Shown one piece after another: positions 41,297 through 52,561 of a stretch of 64,000 nt of DNA. The DNA lies in NCBI GenBank assembly GCA_022796855.1, contig JAAWJM010000001.1, forward strand, positions 42,242-106,241. Reading direction: 5' to 3'. The DNA is from Clostridia bacterium. Lineage in GTDB: Bacteria; Bacillota; Clostridia; TANB77; CAG-508. Within the stretch, counting starts at the first letter, position 1. The number at the start of each line of letters is the position of its first letter. Below the pieces are notes generated by a model, which saw only the letters and a program-made list of their open reading frames with translations, was not told where the DNA came from and ran no database searches. The position numbers and the translations under genes are program-made.

Positions 41297-42382
41297 ATGA
41301 AAAAGAAACTATGTTTTATTGCACAATTTCCACCACCAATACATGGATTGTCGAAAGCGGTAGATATTTTATATAACTCAAAGTTAAAAGATGAATTCGA
41401 ATTTGAAAAGATAGACCTAACAAACAATATGAATTTTATAAAAAATCTAATAAAAGTGTGTAGAAGTAATGCAGATTTGTTTTATTTTACAATTAGTCAA
41501 ACACGAAAAGGGAATGTAAGAGATTTAGTAATTTTAAAAGTATTGCAATGGAAAAATAAAAGGTGTTTAATTCATTTACATGGAGGGTATTATCGCAAGC
41601 TTATTGATGAAAAAATTCCTAAATGGCAAAAAAAAGCAAATTATAAAACAATAAAGAATCTAGAAGGAGTAATTGTATTAAGTAAAGCATTAAAATATAT
41701 TTTTGAAGGAATGATAGATAGTAGTAAGATATTTGTTGTTTCTAATTGTATTGAGAATAAATTTTTACTTACTAACAATGAGGTAAAAGAAAAAATAAAA
41801 GAGAGTAAAAGTAAAGCGGTAAAAGATATTTTATATTTATCTAACTTTATTAAGGAAAAAGGATATGAATATGTCCTTCAATTGGCTAAATTAGAAAAGG
41901 AAAATTGGGAGAAAACAAAAAAGAAAAAAAATCATTTCCATTTTGCAGGAAAATTTTTTAGTAACAAAGAGAAAAAAGAGTTTTTTGAATATATAAACAA
42001 GAATGAATTAGATAATTTTGTTACTTATTATGGAGTTGTAGATGGAGAAGTAAAAGAAAAACTGTTGAGAAAGGCAGATATATTTATTTTACTTACAGCA
42101 TATGCAAAGGAAGGACAACCTATTTCAATTCTTGAAGCCATGGGAAGCGGTATGGTTATTGTAACTACAAATCATGCGGGTATTCCAGATATTGTTAAAA
42201 ATAATAAAAACGGTATAGTAGTTAAAAAAAATGAAATAAAGATAAGCAAGTTATATAATGAATTACGAAATATTAATTTTGAAGTAATTATGAAAAATAA
42301 TAGTAATGATATAAAAGAATATCTACAAGCTAGATATATAGACAATATGAACAAGCTATTTAAGGAGTTGAGCAAGCAATGA
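41297..42382 (+). CDS. Glycosyltransferase (GT4-like).
   Basis: C-terminal E..E.MGSGMVIV...GIPDIV motif of the retaining GT-B fold. Confidence 0.65.
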   Translation: MKKKLCFIAQFPPPIHGLSKAVDILYNSKLKDEFEFEKIDLTNNMNFIKNLIKVCRSNADLFYFTISQTRKGNVRDLVILKVLQWKNKRCLIHLHGGYYRKLIDEKIPKWQKKANYKTIKNLEGVIVLSKALKYIFEGMIDSSKIFVVSNCIENKFLLTNNEVKEKIKESKSKAVKDILYLSNFIKEKGYEYVLQLAKLEKENWEKTKKKKNHFHFAGKFFSNKEKKEFFEYINKNELDNFVTYYGVVDGEVKEKLLRKADIFILLTAYAKEGQPISILEAMGSGMVIVTTNHAGIPDIVKNNKNGIVVKKNEIKISKLYNELRNINFEVIMKNNSNDIKEYLQARYIDNMNKLFKELSKQ

Positions 42383-43533
42383 AAATTGCACATATTTGTT
42401 TATGTGGACCATATACAGAAGGATTAAATTATCAGGAGAATTTAATAACAAAAAGTCATGTTAAAGAAGGTTATGATGTTTCGATAATTACGTCGAAATA
42501 TGAATGGAATCAAAAGGGAGAAATTGTAAAAAGCGAGACAGAAGAATACATTAATAAAGATAACTGTAAAGTATATCGTTTAGAAATAAAAGGGAATAAA
42601 AATGTTCAACATAAATTTAAACGTTACAACAAAATTTATGAGACTATGGAGAGAATTTCGCCAGATATTCTTTTTATACATAATGTTCAGTTTTTAGATA
42701 TCAAACAAATAAAAAAGTATGTAAGAAATAATAAAAACATAAAAATATTTGTAGATAATCATGCTGATTTTTCGAATAGTGGAAAAAATGTACTATCTAG
42801 ATACATTTTGCATGGAGTGGTATGGAAACATACAGCTAAGGGGATAGAACCTTATACAAATAAGTTTTATGGAGTATTGCCAGCCAGAGTGGATTTTTTA
42901 ACAAACGTGTACAAATTACCAAAAGCTAAATGTGAATTATTAGTTATGGGAGCAGATGATGAATTAGTTAATAAATATTCTGATGAAAAAATAAAAAAAG
43001 AGACCAAAAATGAATTGGATATAAAAAAAGAAGAATTTGTAATAGTTACTGGAGGAAAAATTGATAAAGCAAAAAAACAAACTTTATTATTAATGAAAGC
43101 TATTGGAAATATGAAAAAAGCAAATGTTAGATTATTAGTATTTGGTTCAATTGATAGTGATATGAAAAAAGAGTTTGATGAATTGTGTGATGGATACAAT
43201 ATTAAATATTTAGGATGGGCTAATAATGAGCAAGCATATAAATATTTCTCAATAGCTGATTTAGTAGTGTTTCCTGGAAGACATTCAGTATATTGGGAAC
43301 AAGTAGTTGCTATAGGAATTCCGATGGTGTGTAAATATTGGGAGGGAACGACACATATTGACATTGGAGGAAATGTTAATTTTATAAAAAGAGATAGTGT
43401 GGAAGAAATTCAAAATATGTTAGAAAGAATTATTAGTGATAAAGAGTTTTATTATTATATGAAGAATAAAGCAATGAAAGATGATAGAAGAAAATTTTTA
43501 TATAATGAAATCGCAAAGAAATCTATAGAATAG
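42379..43533 (+). CDS. Glycosyltransferase (GT4-like).
   Basis: GT-B architecture. Start and stop overlap the neighbouring genes. Confidence 0.55.
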   Translation: MKIAHICLCGPYTEGLNYQENLITKSHVKEGYDVSIITSKYEWNQKGEIVKSETEEYINKDNCKVYRLEIKGNKNVQHKFKRYNKIYETMERISPDILFIHNVQFLDIKQIKKYVRNNKNIKIFVDNHADFSNSGKNVLSRYILHGVVWKHTAKGIEPYTNKFYGVLPARVDFLTNVYKLPKAKCELLVMGADDELVNKYSDEKIKKETKNELDIKKEEFVIVTGGKIDKAKKQTLLLMKAIGNMKKANVRLLVFGSIDSDMKKEFDELCDGYNIKYLGWANNEQAYKYFSIADLVVFPGRHSVYWEQVVAIGIPMVCKYWEGTTHIDIGGNVNFIKRDSVEEIQNMLERIISDKEFYYYMKNKAMKDDRRKFLYNEIAKKSIE

Positions 43534-43542
43534 GAATGGAGT

Positions 43543-44526
43543 GTGAAAATGAAAACAATAGCTTTTATAGTACCATATTTTACATTGAATCAAAGAAAGC
43601 TACCAGAGGTTTTTGAACTATGGCTTAATTCGTGCAAATTTAATGAAACTGTTGATTGGTTTTTTATTACGGATATAGATATTTCGACTTATGATATACC
43701 TAAAAATGTACATGCGATAAGAAAATCATTTAACGAAATAAAAGAAAAAATCCAATCTAATTTTAATTTTAAAATATCTCTTGATAAGCCATACAAACTA
43801 TGTGATTTCAGACCAGTCTATGGTGAGATTTTCGAAGATATATTAAAAGGATATGATTATTGGGGGTTTTGTGATATAGATGTAATATGGGGGGATATTA
43901 GAAAGTTTTTGACGGACAAGGTATTGATAAAACATGATAGAATATTAACAAGAGGTAATTGTAGTATCTTTTTGAATAGTAAAGAGAATAATTTAAGATA
44001 TCGTACTTTAGACAAAAAGGGCTGTCTTGATTATAACTATGTATTTTCACATAAAGACTCTTTTGCTTTTGATGAATGGGCGGGACATAATGGAGGAGGA
44101 TTTTCTCAAATAATGAAATTGAATAATATTCCAATGTTTGATAAGTTCATATTTGCAGATATACAAGTTGACAGATATGCTTTGAGAACAACAAGAGAAT
44201 TTGATAAAGATTATATTGGTGAACAAAATGAGAAAAAAACTATTTTTGTTTTCGAAAGAGGAACTTTAAAGTCATATTCATTAAAAGAAAATGAAATTTG
44301 CAGTCATGAATTTATGCATTTACATTTGCAAAGAAGACCTTTGAAGATTGGAAAAAATATAGATAAAAACAAATTTGTTATAGTTTCACCTAATAAAGTT
44401 AAAAATTATGATTTTATAAATAGAAAAAGTTTAAAAAGAATGACAACTGGATTTATATATTGGGAGAATTTAAAAGGACAAACTAAATGGTTTATAAAAA
44501 ATATAATTTTAAAGAGAGGTAAGTAG
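43543..44526 (+). CDS. Putative glycosyltransferase with a DxD motif; hypothetical.
   Basis: WGFCDIDVIW provides a DxD. Located inside the polysaccharide locus. Confidence 0.4.
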   Translation: MKMKTIAFIVPYFTLNQRKLPEVFELWLNSCKFNETVDWFFITDIDISTYDIPKNVHAIRKSFNEIKEKIQSNFNFKISLDKPYKLCDFRPVYGEIFEDILKGYDYWGFCDIDVIWGDIRKFLTDKVLIKHDRILTRGNCSIFLNSKENNLRYRTLDKKGCLDYNYVFSHKDSFAFDEWAGHNGGGFSQIMKLNNIPMFDKFIFADIQVDRYALRTTREFDKDYIGEQNEKKTIFVFERGTLKSYSLKENEICSHEFMHLHLQRRPLKIGKNIDKNKFVIVSPNKVKNYDFINRKSLKRMTTGFIYWENLKGQTKWFIKNIILKRGK

Positions 44527-44535
44527 GCGAGATAT

Positions 44536-45465
44536 ATGATATCTTTTTTATATGATCTAACTGCTAAAATAAAAAATAAAGGAATAAAAAAATGGTCATT
44601 ATTTTATAAAATAAATAAACTAATAATAAATATAGTATATCCAATAGTAAATTATTTTAATTCTAAATATGGATTAGATGAGGAAAGTAGAATTATAATT
44701 TCTATTACGACTTTTCCTAAAAGAATTAATAGTGTATGGGTAACAATAAGCACGTTATTAAATCAAAGAAAAATGCAGCCGAGAAAAGTAATTTTATGGC
44801 TTGCAGAATGCCAATTTCCAAATTATAAATTACCTAGAAATTTAACTAAATTAATAAAAAGAGGATTGGAAATTAGATATTGTGAAGATTTAAAACCACA
44901 TAAAAAATATTATTATACCATGAAAGAGTTTCCAAATGATTATATAATTACAGTGGATGATGACATGTTTTATCCGGAAAATTTTGTTGAAATGTTAATG
45001 AAAGGAAATGACAAATATCCTAATGCAATTATATGTAACTGGGCCCATAAGATAACATTTGATCAATTTGGCGATTTTAATAAATACGCTTTATGGAAAA
45101 ATACAATTAATGAATTATCAATAACAACAGTGCCAATTGGGTGTTGTGGTGTTTTATATCCTCCTAATTGCATTGATAAGGAAGTATTTAATATAGACAA
45201 AATGAAGAAAATAGCATTATATACTGATGACTTATGGTTAAAATGTATGGAGATAAAGAAAGATATTATGGCTATAAATGTAAATGAAAAAGGTATAATT
45301 TTTTTTAACAATATAAGAAACCAATTTTCAGGATTATGGAAAAACAATACGGTTGGACAAAATAGAAATGATGAAGTTTGGCAAAAACTAATGAAAGATT
45401 ATAATGAGGTAAATGAAAAATTAAAGAATAAAAATTATGGAGATGAGAAAAAAACTAATGGATGA
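44536..45465 (+). CDS. Putative glycosyltransferase with a DDD motif; family uncertain.
   Basis: ITTFPKRI...YIITVDDDMFYP. Typical of capsule/EPS-locus transferases. Confidence 0.4.
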   Translation: MISFLYDLTAKIKNKGIKKWSLFYKINKLIINIVYPIVNYFNSKYGLDEESRIIISITTFPKRINSVWVTISTLLNQRKMQPRKVILWLAECQFPNYKLPRNLTKLIKRGLEIRYCEDLKPHKKYYYTMKEFPNDYIITVDDDMFYPENFVEMLMKGNDKYPNAIICNWAHKITFDQFGDFNKYALWKNTINELSITTVPIGCCGVLYPPNCIDKEVFNIDKMKKIALYTDDLWLKCMEIKKDIMAINVNEKGIIFFNNIRNQFSGLWKNNTVGQNRNDEVWQKLMKDYNEVNEKLKNKNYGDEKKTNG

Positions 45466-46684
45466 AAAAATAAAATTGCTAGAGATAAAAAATAGAATTT
45501 TAAAGAAGAGTGAATTAGTTAAAATAGTAAAATTTTTTATTATTCTATTTTTACTTAAGCCAACTGGTTTAGATGCGATATTTCCAAACTTAAATTTTGT
45601 TATGAATATATTTAGAGGCATTTCTATGGTTTTGGTACTTGGCATTTATTTAAAAATGGTAAAAGAAAAAAAAATAGAAATAAGTAAAGTAATTATCATA
45701 ATTATGCTTATTGAGGGCTTTAGTATTCTATGTTGCTTGTTCAATAAACAGTCTTGTTATAATGTGGTTGTATATTGGCAGGGAATTCTTTCATTGATGA
45801 TGTTGGCTGAAACCGAAGCTAAAAACATGTTTCAGTTTGTAAAATTGGTTACAATGGTTTTAAGTGTATATCTAGTTATTAATTTACTTTACATTTTGTG
45901 TAATTATACGACAATTACGAGTAATAGAATCTTTATTCTAGGAAAGAAGAATATGTTAATACTATATGTTTTTCCATTAGTGTTTTTTGGATTATTTTTA
46001 AATATTATAAAAAATAGTAAAAAGATTTTATGGGAAATTGTTTTAATGCTAATAGCATTATTTACAGTTTCAGTGTCATCTTCTTCAACAAGTATGTTTG
46101 TTTGTGCAATATTACTTATTTACTATGTTTTTCAAAATAATAAGATGGTTAATAAGATTTTATCGCATATTAGTGCGAAGCAAATACTTTTAATAATGAT
46201 ATTTTTTTTCATTTTAGTAATAGTGTTTAATGTTCAAAAGTATTTTTCGTTTATGATTGAAGATGTATTAAAAAAAGACTTGACATTTACAGGAAGGACA
46301 TATATATGGGAAAAAGCTATTGATTTAATTTTAAAAAAGCCAATTGGTTACGGTTGGGAAGCAGAGATACCGAATGTTAAGGGAATATTAACTTGGATAG
46401 AATATTCAAATGTAGGACATGCACATAATTTTATTTTAAATCTTGCGTATAAGTCAGGAGTAATAGTAGCATTTTTTTATTGCATACTATTATGGAAGAT
46501 GGCTACACATATTGATGAATGTGATAATGTAAAATTACAAGGATTCATGAAGATAGCTTATGTTGTGTTTTTATTATTAACTACATTTGAAGCATATCCT
46601 ACAAATTGTATTTGTTTATTATTTATATGCTATACGATTATAAATAATAATTTGATAGTTAAAGAGGGTGAAAAGCAAGAATGA
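45437..46684 (+). CDS. wzy: O-antigen / polysaccharide repeat-unit polymerase (Wzy-like).
   Basis: About ten TM helices with a large periplasm-type loop (...YGWEAEIPNVKG...HAHNFILNLAYKSG). Sits beside wzx in a GT-rich locus. Confidence 0.6.
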   Translation: MEMRKKLMDEKIKLLEIKNRILKKSELVKIVKFFIILFLLKPTGLDAIFPNLNFVMNIFRGISMVLVLGIYLKMVKEKKIEISKVIIIIMLIEGFSILCCLFNKQSCYNVVVYWQGILSLMMLAETEAKNMFQFVKLVTMVLSVYLVINLLYILCNYTTITSNRIFILGKKNMLILYVFPLVFFGLFLNIIKNSKKILWEIVLMLIALFTVSVSSSSTSMFVCAILLIYYVFQNNKMVNKILSHISAKQILLIMIFFFILVIVFNVQKYFSFMIEDVLKKDLTFTGRTYIWEKAIDLILKKPIGYGWEAEIPNVKGILTWIEYSNVGHAHNFILNLAYKSGVIVAFFYCILLWKMATHIDECDNVKLQGFMKIAYVVFLLLTTFEAYPTNCICLLFICYTIINNNLIVKEGEKQE

Positions 46685-47889
46685 AAAAGATATTAATTGT
46701 TGGTGGTGATTCTCAACCAATTCCTCCTATTAATGGTGGAGCTGTAGAGAATTTAGTTCAGATGTTCATTGAAACAAATGAAATTAAAGAGAAATTTGAA
46801 ATAAATGTTATATCCTGCTATGATGATAAATTAGAGCAAGAAAAAAATATATATAGACACTGCAATTATGAATATATAAACAATTATAAGAAAAATTCTC
46901 TATTTAAAAGATATTATGCAATTATTGTAAAAAAGATATTTGGAAGAGAACATGTTATAAAGTCAGATTATGCAAAGCAGTTAGTGAAAAAGATAAAAGC
47001 TAATTATATTGATTTTGATACTATTTTGGTAGAAAACTATATCCAAGCAATACTGCCACTAAAAAAGAAATTTCCAGATAAAAAGATTATCTATCATTTG
47101 CATAATGATAAATTAAATTATGGAACGATAAAAGGAAAAGAGATTGTTGATGCGTGTGATTCCATTATAACTGTTAGTGATTACATAAAGAGTAGAGTCG
47201 ATACTATAGCAGAAGCCTCTAATAAAACTATTACAATTTTGAATTCTATATATGTTGATAACTTTGGAACAAAGGATTTGCATGATAATTCTCATAATAT
47301 AAGAAAAAAATTAAACATAGATAAAAATGACACTGTAATCTTATTTGCAGGTAGAGTAACAAAAACTAAAGGGGTTTATGAACTAGTATCTGCTTTTAAA
47401 GATGTTGTTAAAGATAACTTAAAACTTGTTATTGTTGGAGATTCGTGGTATAAGAAGTCGCCTAAAAAAGATAAATACATAGAATTAGTAAAAAACATTT
47501 CAGAAAATATTAAACAAAATATTGTTTTTACAGGTTATATAGATTACAGTGATATGCCAAATTATTATGCAATAGCTGATATTGTAGTTATACCATCAAT
47601 TTGGCAAGAACCTTGTTCTCTTACTCTGTTTGAAGCAATGGCTTCCAATAAAGCACTACTAACTACGAGAACAGGAGGAACACCAGAAGTTGTAAAAGAT
47701 TACGGAATATTAATAGAAGTTAATAATGACATTATAAAAAGTTTAAGCAAAAAATTAGAAGAGTTAGTTAATAATAAAGAAGTACGAAATGAATTAGCTA
47801 AAAGAGGATATGATTATGTACAGAAATATAATCCAGATAGATATTATAATGAAATTGCTAAAATTATTAATGGAGTGAAAGAAGAATGA
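46681..47889 (+). CDS. GT4 glycosyltransferase.
   Basis: E.PCSLTLFEAMA...TGGTPEVV motif. Confidence 0.7.
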   Translation: MKKILIVGGDSQPIPPINGGAVENLVQMFIETNEIKEKFEINVISCYDDKLEQEKNIYRHCNYEYINNYKKNSLFKRYYAIIVKKIFGREHVIKSDYAKQLVKKIKANYIDFDTILVENYIQAILPLKKKFPDKKIIYHLHNDKLNYGTIKGKEIVDACDSIITVSDYIKSRVDTIAEASNKTITILNSIYVDNFGTKDLHDNSHNIRKKLNIDKNDTVILFAGRVTKTKGVYELVSAFKDVVKDNLKLVIVGDSWYKKSPKKDKYIELVKNISENIKQNIVFTGYIDYSDMPNYYAIADIVVIPSIWQEPCSLTLFEAMASNKALLTTRTGGTPEVVKDYGILIEVNNDIIKSLSKKLEELVNNKEVRNELAKRGYDYVQKYNPDRYYNEIAKIINGVKEE

Positions 47890-48983
47890 AAAGAATACTT
47901 CAATATGGAATGACTACCAATTATGGTGGCATAGAAGCTTTTATTATGAATATTTATAGAAATATTGATAGAAATAAAGTACAATTTGATTTTATAGTTA
48001 ATACAAATGAGAAAATATCTTATGAAAATGAAATTGAGAGTCTAGGAGGTAGGATAATAAGGCAAAAATATTTTTCTCGTAAAAGGTATCCTTTTAGGCA
48101 TTACGTAGAACTTTATCAATATTTTAAACAAAATAAAGATTTAGTAGCTGTTCATATTAATAAAGCTAATATTAGAGATATTGATTTACTGATCCTAGCA
48201 GCTATTTTTAAAGTACCAGTTAGAATTATTCATTCGCATACTAGCAATGGAAATAAAATGAAATTTTTAGAAAAATTAAATAAAAAAATTATAAAATGGA
48301 CAGCAACTCATTTTTTTGCTTGCTCAGATGAAGCGGGAAAATATATGTTTGGGGATGACTATACAGTTATAAAAAATGGTATAGATATTGAAAAGTATTC
48401 TTTTAATAAAGAAATTAGAAAAGAAATTAGATGTAGATATCATATAAAAGATGATGATTTTATTATTGGCAGTATTGGAAGATTTTCTAAAGAAAAAAAC
48501 ACTTTATTTATTTTGGAAGTTTTTGTAGAGGTACATAAAAACATTTCAAATTCGAAGTTATTATTAATTGGAAATGGCCCATTATTAGAGGAGATAAAAA
48601 TTAAGATTAAAAACGAAAAAATAGAAGATAGTGTAATTGTATTAGGTGAAGTTGATGATGTTTATCGTTTTTATTCTGCGATGGATTTGTTTTTACTCCC
48701 ATCAATGTATGAGGGATTTGGAATGGTATTGTTAGAGGCACAAGTGTCAGGTTTAAAGTGTTTGGCTTCTAAAGATAGGATTCCTAGTTTAGTAAATGTA
48801 ACCAATAGAGTAGAATTTATACTATTGGAGGAAGGAAGAAAATTATGGGCAGACAAAGCAATAGAATATGTGAAGTATGAAAGAAATAGTGAAATCAAAT
48901 CTATTGTAAATGCTGGTTTTGACTCTAAAGATATAGCAAGAAAATTGAAAGATGTTTATTTAGAAGGGAGGGCATATGGATAG
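47886..48983 (+). CDS. GT4 glycosyltransferase.
   Basis: YEGFGMVLLEAQVSGLKCLAS motif. Confidence 0.7.
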   Translation: MKRILQYGMTTNYGGIEAFIMNIYRNIDRNKVQFDFIVNTNEKISYENEIESLGGRIIRQKYFSRKRYPFRHYVELYQYFKQNKDLVAVHINKANIRDIDLLILAAIFKVPVRIIHSHTSNGNKMKFLEKLNKKIIKWTATHFFACSDEAGKYMFGDDYTVIKNGIDIEKYSFNKEIRKEIRCRYHIKDDDFIIGSIGRFSKEKNTLFILEVFVEVHKNISNSKLLLIGNGPLLEEIKIKIKNEKIEDSVIVLGEVDDVYRFYSAMDLFLLPSMYEGFGMVLLEAQVSGLKCLASKDRIPSLVNVTNRVEFILLEEGRKLWADKAIEYVKYERNSEIKSIVNAGFDSKDIARKLKDVYLEGRAYG

Positions 48984-50490
48984 AACTAAAAAAGCGACAA
49001 GGAACATAGCATTTTCGTTGCTATCTTCTTGTTTGACATTACTTTTAACATTGCTAAATAGAAAAGTGATATTAAATTTTATGGGCTCAGAAATGTTAGG
49101 ATATGAGAGCTTGTTTGCCAATATATTTTCGTTATTATCATTAACGGAGATGGGAGCTGGTACAGTAATAGCATATCAACTGTATAGTAGTGTTGCTCGT
49201 AACGATGAACAAGAAACTAACATTTTGATTTCTATATATAAATTTTTATATAGAATTATAGGAATTATAGTTTGTGCAATAGGAATTGTATTTTTCTTTT
49301 TCCTACAATATATAGTTACAGACTATACAACTTCATTTGAATTTATACAAAAAATATATGTAATTCAGCTTATTGCTACAATTTGCTCATATTTTTTATC
49401 ATACCGAAGAATGCTATTTATTTCTAATCAAAAGGAATATATAATAACGAAAGTAGATATGGGAGTAAATTTTATTACTCAAATTTTAAAAATATTAGTG
49501 GTAGTTCTTCTTAAAAATTATATTATTTATTTGATAATAAGTGTTTGTAAAGAGATAATTGTAAATGTAGTTATACATATTATATCAAGAAAAAGTTATC
49601 CAAATTATAAATATATAAGTGTGAAAAAAGAAGATTTCCAAAAAAGAAAAATTTTTAAAGATATGTTTAATTTTATAGGACATAAGATTTCTGGAACTAT
49701 TTATTATAATACAGATAATATATTGATATCGATGCTATTGGGAGTTTCAACAGTAGGAATATATTCAAATTATTACGTCATAAAAAGTCAAGTATTTCGA
49801 TTAACTACAAAAATATTTAATCCAATACAAGCATCGATTGGAAACTTTATAAATGATCCTAAAAATGATACCGCAGATGGAAAAAGACTTTTTGATACAT
49901 TAGATGTTATTAGTTTTAGTTTTGCACTTATATTTACTTGTTGTCTATATAATTTAATACAACCATTTATTTCTCTATGGTATGGCAATGAGTATTTGCT
50001 TTCAAATTTAGTAGTAATTATGATTGCGATTAATGCATATTTCGAAACGTTGAGAGAAATTCCATACTATTTTAGGAGTACATTTGGAGAATATCAAAAG
50101 GATAGAAAGTACGTTACTTTTGGAGCTATTGCAAATATTGTTCTAACAGTATGTTTAGGAAAGACGATAGGGCTTGTAGGGGTTTTGATAGGAACTGTTA
50201 TAGGTATGTTCTTTTTATGGTATGGTGTTATAAAATTCTTATATTCAAATTACTTCAAGTCGAATATTTGGAATTACTATTTTAAACATTTAAAATTAGG
50301 AATCGTATCTTTTATAACAATATTTATTGTTTCAAGAATATGTGAAATAATCCCTATAACATTTTTAGGTTTGATAATTAGAGTTGCCTTATGTCTGCTA
50401 ATTTCGATAGGAATTATTTATTTAATTTATCATAATAAAGAAGAATATAAAAATCTAATTGTATATGCAAAAAGTATATTAAAAAGATGA
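48976..50490 (+). CDS. wzx: Polysaccharide flippase of the Wzx / MOP superfamily.
   Basis: A 504-aa protein with about 14 TM helices, adjacent to wzy. Confidence 0.7.
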   Translation: MDRTKKATRNIAFSLLSSCLTLLLTLLNRKVILNFMGSEMLGYESLFANIFSLLSLTEMGAGTVIAYQLYSSVARNDEQETNILISIYKFLYRIIGIIVCAIGIVFFFFLQYIVTDYTTSFEFIQKIYVIQLIATICSYFLSYRRMLFISNQKEYIITKVDMGVNFITQILKILVVVLLKNYIIYLIISVCKEIIVNVVIHIISRKSYPNYKYISVKKEDFQKRKIFKDMFNFIGHKISGTIYYNTDNILISMLLGVSTVGIYSNYYVIKSQVFRLTTKIFNPIQASIGNFINDPKNDTADGKRLFDTLDVISFSFALIFTCCLYNLIQPFISLWYGNEYLLSNLVVIMIAINAYFETLREIPYYFRSTFGEYQKDRKYVTFGAIANIVLTVCLGKTIGLVGVLIGTVIGMFFLWYGVIKFLYSNYFKSNIWNYYFKHLKLGIVSFITIFIVSRICEIIPITFLGLIIRVALCLLISIGIIYLIYHNKEEYKNLIVYAKSILKR

Positions 50491-50530
50491 TGAAACGAAA
50501 AATATAAAATTATGTTGGGAGAGAAAGTAA

Positions 50531-51574
50531 ATGAAAAAAGCATTAATTACAGGAGTTACAGGACAAGATGGTTCATACTTAGCAGAATTTTTATTAGAGA
50601 AAGGTTATGAAGTTCATGGAATAGTACGTCGTGCTTCTATTTCAAATACAGGAAGAATAGATCACTTAATAAGAAAAAATTTAATAACATTACATGATGG
50701 AGATTTATCAGATTCATCAAGTATTATAAAAATAGTAAAGGAAGTAGAACCAGATGAAATCTACAATTTAGCAGCACAAAGCCATGTAGGGACAAGCTTT
50801 GATGCTGCGGAATATACGGGAGATATTGATGCATTAGGAGTTTTAAGAATATTGGAGGCAGTTCATATTTTAAAGCTAGATCAAAAATGTCGTATTTACC
50901 AAGCGTCAACATCTGAATTATATGGAAAGGTAGAAGCTTGTCCACAAAGTGAAACAACACCATTCCATCCATACAGTCCATATGCTGTTGCAAAACAATA
51001 TGGTTTTTGGATTACGAAGGAATATCGTGAAGCATATAACATGTTCGCATGTAATGGAATTTTATTTAATCACGAATCAGAGCGTCGTGGAGAAAATTTT
51101 GTTACTCGTAAGATAACCCTAGCTGTTGGAAGAATAGCAGAAGGATTACAGGAACACTTGGAATTAGGAAACCTAGATTCTCTAAGAGATTGGGGATATG
51201 CAAAAGACTATGTTGAATGTATGTGGTTAATATTACAACATGATACACCAGAAGATTTTGTAATTGCAACTGGTGTACAGCATACCGTTCGTGATTTTAC
51301 CGAGAGAGTATTTAAAGAAAATGGAATTACTATTCGTTGGGAAGGACAAGGATTAGATGAAAAGGGATATGATGCTAAAACTGGTAAAATGTTAGTTTGC
51401 GTTAATCCAAAATGGTTTAGACCAACAGATGTTGTTAATTTACTAGGAGATCCAACAAAAGCAAAGACTGTTTTAGGATGGAATCCTCAAAAAACAAGTT
51501 ATGAAGAATTAGTTCATATTATGGCGACAAATGACCGTGAGCTTGCAAAACGTGAAGCAATGTTTCAAAAATAA
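50531..51574 (+). CDS. gmd: GDP-mannose 4,6-dehydratase.
   Basis: [30 protein letters not shown]...YAVAKQY matches the canonical Gmd sequence. Confidence 0.9.
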   Translation: MKKALITGVTGQDGSYLAEFLLEKGYEVHGIVRRASISNTGRIDHLIRKNLITLHDGDLSDSSSIIKIVKEVEPDEIYNLAAQSHVGTSFDAAEYTGDIDALGVLRILEAVHILKLDQKCRIYQASTSELYGKVEACPQSETTPFHPYSPYAVAKQYGFWITKEYREAYNMFACNGILFNHESERRGENFVTRKITLAVGRIAEGLQEHLELGNLDSLRDWGYAKDYVECMWLILQHDTPEDFVIATGVQHTVRDFTERVFKENGITIRWEGQGLDEKGYDAKTGKMLVCVNPKWFRPTDVVNLLGDPTKAKTVLGWNPQKTSYEELVHIMATNDRELAKREAMFQK

Positions 51575-51600
51575 TTCGAAACGAGGAAGGAAAGAGAAAG

Positions 51601-52542
51601 ATGGAAAAAAATTCGAAAATATATGTAGCAGGACATAGAGGTATGGTGGGGTCTGCAATTATAAGAGAATTAAATAGACAAGGACATACAAATATCATTA
51701 CACGTACACACCATGAATTAGATTTACGCCGTCAAGAAGAGGTAGAAAAATTTTTCGAGGAAGAAAAACCAGAATATGTTTTCTTGGCAGCTGCAAAAGT
51801 GGGTGGAATTGTTGCGAATCAAGAAGCATTAGCAGATTTTATGTATGATAATATGATTCTAGAAATGAATGTAATACATTCAGCATGGAAAAATGGTTGC
51901 AAAAAATTAGAATTTTTAGGTTCATCTTGTATTTATCCTAAAATGGCACCACAACCAATGAAAGAAAGCTATTTGCTTACCAGTGAATTAGAAAAAACAA
52001 ATGAAGCTTATGCCTTAGCTAAAATTTCAGGATTAAAATATTGTGAATATTTAAATAGACAATATGGAACTGATTATATTAGTCTTATGCCAACAAATTT
52101 GTATGGACCAAACGATAACTACCACCCAACCCATAGCCATGTGTTACCAGCTTTAATTCGTCGTTTCCACGAGGCAAAAGAAAATAACCTTCAAACGGTA
52201 ACTTGTTGGGGAGATGGTACTCCATTAAGAGAATTTTTATATGTAGATGATTTGGCTAATTTATGTGTATTTTTAATGGAACATTATAGTGGTAATGAGA
52301 CAGTAAATGCGGGAACGGGAAAAGAAATTACAATAAAAGCAGTAACAGAATTAGTTGCAAAAGTAATTGGATATAATGGTGAAATTTTATGGGATACAAC
52401 GAAACCAAATGGAACACCAAGAAAATTATTAGATGTATCGAAAGCGACTAACTTAGGATGGACATATAAAACAGAATTAGAGGATGGAATTAAGCTTGCA
52501 TATGAAGACTTTTTAAATAACCCAATGCGTGCTGAAAGATAA
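51601..52542 (+). CDS. fcl: GDP-L-fucose synthase (GDP-4-keto-6-deoxymannose 3,5-epimerase/4-reductase).
   Basis: KIYVAGHRGMVGSAI...YALAKISG. Confidence 0.9.
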   Translation: MEKNSKIYVAGHRGMVGSAIIRELNRQGHTNIITRTHHELDLRRQEEVEKFFEEEKPEYVFLAAAKVGGIVANQEALADFMYDNMILEMNVIHSAWKNGCKKLEFLGSSCIYPKMAPQPMKESYLLTSELEKTNEAYALAKISGLKYCEYLNRQYGTDYISLMPTNLYGPNDNYHPTHSHVLPALIRRFHEAKENNLQTVTCWGDGTPLREFLYVDDLANLCVFLMEHYSGNETVNAGTGKEITIKAVTELVAKVIGYNGEILWDTTKPNGTPRKLLDVSKATNLGWTYKTELEDGIKLAYEDFLNNPMRAER

Positions 52543-52561
52543 ATAGAAAGAAGGAAAAATT